Positions 36,771-47,623 of a stretch of DNA of 64,000 nucleotides are shown here, one piece after another. The DNA is from Podospora anserina (lineage: Eukaryota): the NCBI GenBank assembly GCA_017654855.1, contig CM030336.1, positions 2,480,001 to 2,544,000 on the forward strand, in the 5' to 3' direction. The position numbers were made by a program, and so were the translations under genes. A model generated the notes under the pieces. It ran no database searches and was not told where the DNA came from. It saw nothing but the letters and a program-made list of their open reading frames with translations. Each line of letters begins with the position of its first letter. Positions within the stretch are counted from its first letter, which is position 1.

Positions 36771-39229
36771 TTAATGAGAAATGTACTGAAACACCGCACT
36801 CACCTCCCTCTCCCCCATCTCCTGCCTCAGCAACAAATCTTGTATCCCCTTCAACCCCTCATTCACAAAATGATTCCACGTACTCGTATCACCATACAAC
36901 ATGGCCGGCGCCTTGATAAACTGCTTCCCATCTGGCTTGCACCTCTTGCACTTGAACGTATCATGCGTATCGCTCTTCGTATCAGGCCGATACTGGAACA
37001 GCTCCCTCAAGCTGTCCAAGCTAAAATGCCTCTCCACATCCTCCGCCGAGTCCACCACACACGAACTCAAACTCTGCTTGTGCGACTGACGCTGAAAGAT
37101 CTTTTCCTCGATTGTTCCCGTGGCAATGAACCGGTAGACGAAACAATCCTTCTTCTGGCCATCACGCCAGACACGAGCGAGAGCTTGCTGGTCAGCGGCA
37201 GGGTTCCAATCGGGGTCGAAGAGGACGAGGCGATTGGCGCCGATGAGGTTGAGACCGCAGCCACCTGCCTTGCTGGAAAGGAGGAAGACGAATTCGTCGC
37301 CGTTGGGGTCGTTGAACTTGTCGACGAGCTTCTGGCGCTTGTTAACCAGCATTTTACCGTCGAGACGGAGGCAGGGGTAGGCGCGGCTGCGGCAGAGCTT
37401 CTCGAAGAGGTCGAGGGTTTGGGTGTAATTGCTGATGAGGACAATCTTGTCGTTTGTGTCGGCGCGGATGCGGGCCAGCATACGGTCGAGGACTTGCATC
37501 TTGCCCGAGTACCATGGCTTGATGTCGCGATCGCGGCCACGAGAGTCCCTGGGGACATAGTCATCGGGGTAATGTTGTTCAGAGCCGGGCAGATCATCGG
37601 GGAGCTTGAGAAGATCTGGGTGATTGCATAGGTTCTTGAGAATACCAATGGCCTTGAGTGGCTGGGAGCCTTTGCCACGGAGAAGGGCTTGGATGTCTGG
37701 CGAGGTGAGGAAGTAGTTGTAGAGGTCGAGCTGGAAGGGGGCCAGGTTGCAGAAGACGACGTGTTCGTACTTGATGGGCAAGTACTTGGACAGCAGATCG
37801 TTGGTACGGCGAATGACGAACTTGTTGACGATGGTGGCCAGCTCGGCAAGACATTCATCACCGCGTTTCCTCTCAGCCTCAGAGGCCATGGAATCACGGC
37901 CACGGAGAATGGGAATCTCGAAGCGTTTGCGGAACTCGAGGTGTGTACCCAATAGATCCGGGTTGGCGAAGCTGATGAGTGAAAAGTACTCGGACAAATC
38001 GTTTTGAATGGGTGTACCAGAGAGAATGACGCGACGCTTGACATTGAGGCCGTTCAGGGCAGTGAATAACTTGTTGTCGTTGTTCTTCAGACGGTGACCT
38101 TCGTCGCAGAGAATCAGTCCGATCTCTGTGTTTCTGAGCTCTTCGCAGTTCAGACGGAGGGTCTCATATGAGACGATGATGATGGGTCTCGTGACGGCTC
38201 GTCCGGTTGCAATGGCCCACTGGCGAAGCTGTCGGGTCAGTTCCTCTTTTGAAGCCTTGCCGTCAATAGCGAAAGGCGTCGTAGCATCCGGACCCAGCCA
38301 CTTGACCAACTCGTTGGCCCAGTTGCGCACCAGACTTGCTGGGCAGGCAACAATAGCTTTCTGGATTGTTGTCTTGCCAGCATCAGGAGACTGCTTGAGC
38401 AGTGTCCACAGCAGTGTGATGCATTGTAGCGTTTTGCCAAGACCCATTTCATCGGCCATGATACACCCATGTGCCTTTTCATCCACCATGCCCGTCACAC
38501 ACTTGTACATAAACTTGACACCTTCAATCTGATGTGGGCGGAGAATCTTGGCAAGCTTTGGATCGATGACCACCGGTACCCTTGGGTGCTCTCCAACAAC
38601 CTTCTTCTTGATCCCCAAGATCTCGGCGAGACTCTTGTGCTCTAAGGGCTCAACGATCTTTTCCTCCTCGACCTTTTCCTCTGGCTTAGGCGCATCCTTT
38701 GGCTTGTCGTCAACTGTTGGATCATACAGGACAATGGCGAACTCGCCACTTGGATCGTGCAGAGGCTTTGCGACAAATACAGCTCCTTGTCTTAAGCCAA
38801 GTGTTGGTGGGGGGCGATTGGGGTTGTAGGCAGCGCTATCTTTGTTCAGGAGAGGAACCGAAAAGGCTTTGCGAAACACTGTGGTCTTGTCTTTTGGCTG
38901 GAATACTGGGAACTTGTTGGCGTCGCGATTCGCCAGGGCTAGCCGGTCGGCATTTGTGTAGGGCTTGTCGGCATCCGGATCAACGTCTCCATCTGTGCCT
39001 TTGTAGTCGATTCTCCGCTTCTTGCGAGCCGGGCGGTCGGTAGCAACGGTGCGAGTGGCCGACCCTGGGCATTTGAACGGCGTCCGGAGGCGGTCGAGTG
39101 ATTGTGGTGTGGGGAATTTGCTTCGGGGAGCACCGACGTTCTCCTTGTTCGCGGCGGGGGTGTTTGGTATCCTGTGATGGTCATTAGTCGCGGTTCAGAG
39201 ACCAATTGACTGCCAGGAAGTACGTACAT
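36771..39229 (-). CDS. RAD54: DNA repair and recombination ATPase Rad54 (SNF2 family)
   Basis: Motifs LRPHQIEGVKF, MADEMGLGKT, CDEGHRLKN, LSGTPIQND, LSSKAGGCGLNL and QALARVWRDGQKK, plus Rad54 N-terminus LDRLRTPFKCPG...PTLGLRQG...PLHDP. Start is AT(39229-39228) | intron 39227-39172 | G; about 800 aa. Confidence 0.95.
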
Positions 39230-39530
39230 CCTGTTAGCTTGGGTGGGCAGAAACTGTGCAGCTCTTCGTGTGAGATTTTTCCAATTGGTAAAATCTGGAG
39301 AAAGCTCACAAAAGGCGCAAGCTCTGGGAGGAAACGGTTTTGATGTAGGCGGCGAGAAACGTGCCAGTGTTGGAAAGTTTGGCACGGATTGGTAATAATG
39401 TTGACTTTAGGCAGCGCGTCGCCATGGTGGGGCGTGTCTTGCTGGCGCGAGGTCAGATGACTGTGCCAAGAAGCTTCTTGCACCCAACCATGCATTATGT
39501 AATCTCATCAACAAAGTCACGATAGAAGTA

Positions 39531-39884
39531 ACGTATATTATAAGCGAGTGACCCATATAAGCGAGTGATTCACTTCCCACCACACCGTAACAAACTATCC
39601 TCAATTATACTACAACAATACTAGGAAGCAACTACAATTATATTAGAAACGGCTGAATCAGATGATTCCCCAGCCTCCTGGCAAGTGCGCGCGTTATAGC
39701 CAGGCTTGCCGCACACACTACAGCACCGAACCCTCGCACGATCTCCCCCTACATTACTACTATCCGGCTACGTTTCTTGCACTTCCTCCCTATCCACGGC
39801 CTTCTAATCTAGTAGATCCTGTGCCTCTTATATAGTAAGTGACCCTCTAAACCTTATACGTATTTTTTTAGCTTTCCGGCGCTT
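39531..39884 (-). mobile_element. 3' end of a Fot1/pogo (Tc1-mariner superfamily) DNA transposon, RIP-mutated, interrupted by LTR element A
   Basis: TA at 39529-39530 precedes a terminal ACGT...TAAGCGAGTG-ACCCATA-TAAGCGAGTG (direct repeats inside a TIR). Minus strand 39884-39621 reads KRRKAKKIRIRFRGSLTI*EAQDLLD*...RCCSVCGKPGYNARTC, a Fot1-type transposase C-terminus with a CCHC knuckle. The stops are consistent with CAA>TAA and CAG>TAG. Confidence 0.85.
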
Positions 39885-40279
39885 TGTGACGAACCCCTGT
39901 ACAGAACCTCTGAAAGGGATACTGGTTAAAGGCCACTTCTGACAATTGGTTCGGTGCAGCTAAATAGTGCACAACAAGATGTCTCAATGTAAACACAAGA
40001 TACCGTGAATATAAGCTTGAATTACATACTACGGAACTGTCTATCTACACCAGCCAGTTCCTCCGTATATATAGACCTAGTGCCAAGCCTGGCACTGTCC
40101 TGGATCGATAGACTCGACCATCGATCCTATCGATACTATCCCTTTTGGGATTAACTCCCCTGGATCGATCCTCGATTCCATTGATCCTGTTCTAATTAGT
40201 CCGTAGTACGCCCCTCGCCCCACTAAGTATCATTAGTCCGTAGTACGCCCCGCGCCCTACTAAGTATTAAGCCGTAATA
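39885..40279 (-). repeat. LTR of element A (about 395 bp)
   Basis: TGTGACGAACCCC...AAGCCGTAATA, colinear with the copy at 63188-63571. Confidence 0.92.
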
Positions 40280-43200
40280 CAACGCTCCCCCTCCTAGGCC
40301 GAAGTCCCGTCGGCCTAACTTATTTTCCTATATTTATTAATAATTATAAATTCTTTCCTTCTCTCTATTCCTTATACTCTATTATATTTAACCGCGTAAA
40401 TAAGGCGCGACCCGGTATTCAACTTTTATATTTAAAAATAGTGGATCGTAACGAGCTACTTACTATTATTTTACGGTTTACCTTTATTATAAAACGTATT
40501 TATTTCTTTTATAAAAAATATAGTTTTTTTTATAAAATTTCCTCTTTCGTTTCTAAGTATTACGCTTTTTATATATAATATAATTAATTCCTCTACGATA
40601 CTCGTAAGTTATTCGTTTAATAGCTCCGTAAAATTATTTTTTAATATAATTAACTAGAAATTAAAATAATAAAAATTAAGTTCTAGCGCGCGGTTTTAGA
40701 TTAGAAAATTAATTATTTACGTTTATAAAAACGAATATAATTTAAGCGAATAGCTACGGCCGTTTTCCGTAACTTTAATAATATTAAAAAATTAAAGCGT
40801 ATTAAATAGGAGGAAATTACGTTAACTGTATAAACTACTTCGTTATTTAGCATCGCTTTTACTTTTTTAGATCCTTAGAATTATCCTACTATAGAATTTT
40901 TTATTATCGTTCTTTCCGATATTTTTTTCTTAGATCCTTCCTTAAATTTTAATTAGCCTCCCGATTTTCCTTTAAACCTTAATATAGCCGGTCCTTCCTT
41001 CTTAACTTCGTAGGGTACCGCTAATAGCACGCTTTTTACTCTCTAAAGTAATTAAAACGTATAGTATTATTTATATTTAAGTTTTTTTATACTTTTTAAC
41101 TTTATAGTATAGTATATAGTATATCGACTATTATATTAAAAGTATAGGTTTATTTTTTACCGAAGTTCTTTAGTATTTAGATTTATAAGTACCTCCCGTA
41201 ATCCTAAATACTAATTTTTTTATTATTTAGGTTTTAATTAATTTAAATATTACTAATAAAATATTTTTTATTTATCCGGGTAATTAAAATTTATTTTTAA
41301 TTTTTACGAATTATTTATAACTAAATACTTTAATTAATTAACTAAATATTTTAATTAACCTTTATTAAATTATAAATTTAATATTTTTTCTATATTATAT
41401 TTTTTTTCTTTATCCTTCGCTATTACTTATATATTAACCATACTTACCGGTAATACGGGTTTTAGAAATAAAATATAAAAAATATATAACTTTAAATATA
41501 TTATACTAAGTAGCTCTAATTTGACTACCGTTTCGGAAATCTTTTTTTTAACTTTAAACGGGCCTACTTTTTTATAGTCTAGCTTTTTACTAGGTTTTTT
41601 AATATATAAATTACGTATAGAAAGGAATATTATATTTCTTTCTTTAAAGTAAAGTTCCTCGAGCCTTTTAGTATTATAGTATTTCCGTATCCTTTTCCTT
41701 ATAAACTTTAATTTTTATTTAAATTTACTATGGAATATATATAATTTATTTACTTTAACCTTAGTTTTAAGTACTTTAACGCTAAGTCCCTACCGTAAGT
41801 CTACTTTATATTTAAAGTTTACGAAGAACGGTATAATTTTAATCGTTTTAGTTAATAATATATTATATATTAATTATACTATAAGTAATAATTTAATTTA
41901 ATTATCTTACTTAAAATTAATATAATTCTATAAGTACTATTTTACGATTTAATTAAACCGTTCCGTTTAACTATCCGTTTAAAGGTAGTAGGTTAATAAC
42001 GCTTTACTTATTACCCCGAACTTCGTTATTAACGCTTTTTAAAACTTTAATATAAATTTAGTATTATAGTTTGTAATAAACTTTTTTAATTATATATATA
42101 TTAATATAATATACCGTAATACTATATCCGTTAATTACTTTATTAACTAAGTTTCTTTATAAAGTAAAAAGTATATTTATTTAGTAAGCTTATCAATTAC
42201 CGTTAATATATTATTATATTTAATACCGATTATTATATTTTTTAATTTTAGTAATTTAGTAATAAAATTTATTATAATTAAACTTTATAATCATTTTACT
42301 ATTAATAGTAATTCTAGAAACCCGTATAGTTTATACTTTATAACCCTCGTTTTCTCGTACGTATAGTATAATTAAATAACTTCCTTAACGTTATTCTTAA
42401 TCCTTAACTAATTAAAGTAATACTTAATTTTTTCTATAATCTTTACGATACTTATATATCCTCCGAACTTCGATCCGTAAATCTCTATTACTAATATCGT
42501 CCTATTACTTAACTTTACGTATATTTAATTCTTATATTATAATCTTCTCTAACTATCTTTTTAAATACCTTATAGCTTTAATTTTTCCTATTAATATTAT
42601 TCTATAATATCGTTATTTAGCCTTCTTTAATACTTATTACTAGAAGTAACTTACTTATAATATATTACGTAATACTCTATCTATAGCTAAAGTAAATATT
42701 TAAAAGTACTTTTTAATATCTCTTTAAGTAATAGTAATAACTCTTTAAATATATCCTTATAGTAATCGGTTCGCCGGTTAAAGAAATTTTAATTATCGTA
42801 TTTACTATACGTTAAAGATTTTTATAGTAGTAAAGTATTATAGGTTTTTATAATCCGTATAGACCTATACCTTATAATTAATACTATTAATGTATAGCCT
42901 CTATTCCTTAAATACTTCGATACTAATAAATAATTCTTTATTATAAATTAAATAGTTTTAATATATTCCTTTTAACTTTTTCGAAAAAAAGGTTATTAAA
43001 TATAGTTTCCCGTCGTCGTTTCGCTATCCTAATTACCCACCGATCATATAGTCTAATATATTAGCCTCGACCTTAAACAATCGATTAGGGTTTAATAATT
43101 TAAATACCGGATCCTTTAAAATAGCCTCTTTTAACTTCTAAAAGGCTTACTCCTTTTCTTACCTCTACCGAAATTCCACGTTTTTTTAATTAAATAATTA

Positions 43201-45355
43201 AATAATTATATAATTTTTATATATTTATAAATAAATATTTAATAAAAACTTATAAACCTTAAAAATTCTTTAACATATATTTATAATTATAATATAAGTT
43301 AATCTTTAATTACTATAATTTTCCTAAATTTTATACGAACCTTATTTAATAATATTAAATATTTTAAATATATTATTTTTTATATATAAAACTTACTCTT
43401 TTCCTTATTAATTAAAAATTTAATTTCGTATAACGTATTAAATATCTTTCGTACGTATTACTTATATTCCTTTAAAATATATAAATAAATTAAAGAATTA
43501 TTAAAATAATATATTATTATTTTATTAAAGTATTTCCGGATTATATAATTAACGAAAGATTAAAATATTACGGGCGTATTAATTAATTTAAATAATATTA
43601 TAAAATACTTAAAATAATTATAAAGTATATAAAACGCTATTTTTTATTTATTCCCTTCTTTAATCTATATATAGGTATACCCGATAAATATATTTAAGCG
43701 TATAAAATATTATACCCCTATTAATTAACTTTATAACCTAGATATTAACGGTAGCGGGTAATTATTTTTTACTATCTCGTTATTTAATTAGCGGTAATCT
43801 ATATATAATCGTAAATTACCGTCCTTCTTTAATACGAAGAATATAGGGTATCTTACTAGTAATATAGATTCCCTAATATATTCTTTCTTTAAATTCTTAT
43901 TTAAGTATTTCCGTAATTCCTTATTTTATTTATCGTTAATATAATAGATTTTAAATAACCGTAATTTAATTCCTTTTTTTAATTTAATTTCGTAATTTTA
44001 CGGTCCTTACTCTGGAAGTCCCTCTAAATATTTAACTGTAAAGGTTAAATATTCTCGATATTCTACCGGTACTACTTTTTTCTTACTTTTCTTTACGTTA
44101 TTATAATAAATATATTTATTAACCTCCGATATTTCTATTAACGTCGTTAACCCTACTTCTTCGATCTTACTACTTATATTAATAGAGTATATTATTACTT
44201 TTTAAGCTCTTTACGGTGGTGCCGTAAAGGGTACTTATTTTATATTTTATTCTATACGTACGTTTAATTTCCTATCGTTAGCTAGATACTTTTAAAGTTT
44301 TTTTAATCGTAAGTAACTACTATCCCTTTAATCGATATTTAGATTATAGTCTTTATATTATAGTTACTTTAGGATTATATCTTTCGAGGGTCCTATATTT
44401 ATAATATTAAATATAATTAAAATTATTTTTCCTTTAATTATAATATTTAAGGGTAATATTTTTTTATAAACCTTTTACGTAAAAAATAGTTTTTATATAA
44501 CGATCTATTTTTTTTTTATAATATTTTAATTTAATATACGAATTATAACGAAATTAAATTTATTTTTATATTTTTATTTATTAATATTATTACTTAAATA
44601 TTTTTTTAATATACTATAATCTAAAAGTATTTATTTTTTTTACTTTTTCCCTATATAATAGCGACCTCGCTAACGAGCACCGGATCGTTATTTTATACCT
44701 TTACTTTATACTAATATTTCCGAAAATATTATTCGTAGTCCGTTAAAAATTACCGGCCCCCGTAAAAGGCCGTAAATCGTTTTTTAAATAGTTATATCGT
44801 TTAAAAGCGTCCTCTTACTCCGGGTTATTTAATAATATAAAGTTTTTTAACTATATTCGTCTAGCTTCCTCCTATTTTCTATCTTTTACGTATTTAATAT
44901 TCTTCCGTATATATATTTAATAGCGGTTCTTTTATTTAATTGTTTATTTAAGTACCTTTATTTAATAATATTATTTAATTTTTTTTTATAAATATAGTAT
45001 ATAATTTAAATTTAAATAATAACTTAATATTATTTTCTTTAAAAAATATATATAATTATTTATATTTTAACCGTTCGTATATTTAATATAGTATTTTATA
45101 TACTTTAGTACGAACTATATTACTTAAAGGTTATTTTTTAGTTTAACCGGGTCCTAAACCTTTTATAAAATATAATCGTTTCGTTTTTCTTAAATCTTTT
45201 TCTATTTAACTATAATCCTTTTAATTAATTATAATTTATTTTATTTATTTACTTTACGTATTAACTAGTAACTGTATAGCGATTTATTTTAATAATACTC
45301 TATATATCCGTATATAATATATTAAAATTAAAATATTTTCCGATATTCTAAATAC

Positions 45356-45718
45356 TAGTTTGGGGTGCGGCCACAGGCCTGAGAGTATGAGTAAGGAAGC
45401 GGGGCTCTCAAAGGACTCAGGGGTTCAGGGGTCATGTATATAAACGGTCTACTTCGGACATTCTATTTTAGACAGGACATCGACTTTTATTCTTTTCTTC
45501 GTATTTTATGCCTTGCACGCGTGCAGGCAATTCTGGCCCTCTGATCAGGGCAATCCGGTGCTTATTATGTGGCCTGCGAGCCTATAGTGTCTTTTCTTTA
45601 TCCTACGTGAAGTGCGGCCTGCGAGCGAGTTACTATCACGCAGGTATGTTTATTCTGAGACCTATTGAGGGTATATTTGTGGTGTTATAGTTATTTTATA
45701 TATTTTCTTACTTTTTTA
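45356..45718 (+). repeat. 5' LTR of element B
   Basis: Colinear with 62569-62931; differences are almost all C>T or G>A. Confidence 0.93.
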
Positions 45719-45720
45719 AA

Positions 45721-45737
45721 TGGAGGTTATGCCCGGG
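45721..45737 (+). other. Primer binding site of element B, probably tRNA-Gln
   Basis: TGGAGGTTATGCCCGGG lies 2 nt after the LTR. It is complementary to a ...CCCGGGCA(T/C)GACCT-CCA tRNA end, allowing RIP changes. The tRNA assignment is from recalled tRNA-Gln ends and was not verified. Confidence 0.6.
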
Positions 45738-47176
45738 TTAAGCAAAGTTTAGGGTCTAAATTAAACTTATAAACCTTAGATATTAAAGAAAGTACGAAGC
45801 TACGAATAATAATAAATACCGATAACTTTATTAAATTCCGCGAGGTTTAACGGAAATAATTTTTCTCCGTCTAATCGGATAAAGTTCTTTTATTATTAAT
45901 TAAACTCTAAACTTTTTACTTACGAGTAAAGAATTAAGTATATAGTCCGGATAAAACCGGGAAATAAATTAAAAATATTAGTTAAAATTAGTTCGTTAAT
46001 AAACTTTATTTCTATATTAATTATTAAAGTCCTTTCCTATTTTTAATTAAGAGGAATCTTTTTAATATATTATTTAGTAATAGTAAATAATCGTAAAGAT
46101 TTCTAAATTAATTTAATTTAGAATATCGGGAACTTAAAAGTAAGGAAACGAAAATACTTTCCTTTTAATTTAAATAAATATAATTTATACTTATATATTA
46201 AAGTTATAAAGGATAACCGTTTTTATATTTTTAATAATATATATAAAGAAAAAACTATATTATTAATATAAATATAATAATAATTATTAAATATTAATAT
46301 ATTTAATAATATTTTATTTATTACTTCGATTAACTTTCCCGGCGATAATTAAGGGTATTAAGCTTTTACGGCTCGTTCCGTAATAAAAATAGTTATTCCG
46401 GCGGCTAGGTCCCCGGAATTATTATTATTTATCCTCTCCCCGACTACGAACCGCGCTTACCTTAAAGATATTAAAACCCTTCGCCCCCTTTTTAATTAAA
46501 GTAACCCGACTATAAAGCTTAATACTTTTAACGTACTAAGTGAACCTCGTACTTACCTAAATCTTATTATTTAAAATTATATTACGCTTCCCACTCGGTA
46601 TACCGGATATCCCGCTCCTCTTTCTAAATTCGCGTATTAATTTTAGTAACCCGGATACCTATATTTTATAGGAACTTACCTTAATTATCGTTACTTCTAA
46701 AAGTCCTTTATATTTAATTATTTAACCCTTTATTTTATAATACTTATATATTTTTTTTAACGTAAATTCCTTAATCCGAAGAAAATTAATTTTAAAAGTA
46801 ATTTTAAAGAAAAATATTTTATAGAATATTTAAAGCGTTTCGAGAATATTTATAAAAAGTATTATATTATAGAATTTACTTTTTATATTTATAAATTTAA
46901 ATTTTAATATAATTTTAATATAAAAAAATAAATTAATAAATATATAAACCTACTTATACTTACCGATACTTAGCCTATCTTAATTATCCGCCTTAAACGC
47001 CTCTTTAAAATCTATAATCCCTAATAAAATAAAAGTATTTATAAAAAATTAAATAATTTTTATATTAAAATTATTTTTAAAGGTATAAGCGAGTTAAAGA
47101 AGGTTATTTTTAATTACTTTAAATTACTTTCTCGAGTACCGACCGGAGAAAAAAAAATAATAAGAGTTAAGGTTAT

Positions 47177-47623
47177 TGTTAAAATACAGCACTTATTTGT
47201 GGATTTTACAGTATGTTCTTTCTCGTGGCTTACAGCATTTAAAGGCTTCAAGCCACAGCGCCTATAACGCCCATAGCGGTTATAAGGAACTACAAAGTTT
47301 TTATATAAGCCACTGTGGCTAACTGAACCGGTAGAAGTTGTGGGGATTAATAAGGAGGAAAAAAAGGTTTTGGATACCTATAAAAGGCTCCCCTCCTAGT
47401 GTATTTGGAATAATCTTTTTTTTTTTTAAATTTAAATTAAATAGTTAAAATTAATATACTAGTTTACTATACTTTTACAGGGCATAGTTCCCTATACTTA
47501 CCTTCCTTCGGTACTACCTTATACCGTCGTACCTCGCAGTTTAAAAACCCTAAAGTCTTTAGGTAATTACTTCCGACTTACCTGGAAGGTATATAACTAG
47601 CCTACCGACGATATATCTTAATA
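47177..47623 (+). repeat. 5' LTR of copia element C
   Basis: Colinear with 52440-52886 and the same length. Confidence 0.93.

Noticed and set aside
520..38830. Many long antisense or alternate-frame ORFs (e.g. 1159-2016, 6551-7378, 21575-22651, 28653-29690, 35744-36505, 36774-37631)
   Set aside because: They are shadows of GC3-rich real genes and have no recognisable motifs.
39230..39310. Possible extra upstream intron plus a 3-nt microexon (GTGAGC...GCTAACAG|GAT) in RAD54
   Set aside because: The branch site and AG are too close together and no upstream coding exon is evident; it cannot be supported without transcripts.
39540..39570. TAAGCGAGTG direct repeat, and the LTR tandem repeats, as a CRISPR-like array
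   Set aside because: Only two copies, eukaryotic context, and explained as internal repeats of a transposon terminus or LTR.
45508..45690. Near-identical small ORFs at 45508-45690 and 62721-62939
   Set aside because: Both lie in the LTRs of element B and are open only because the LTRs escaped heavy RIP; there is no evidence they are coding.
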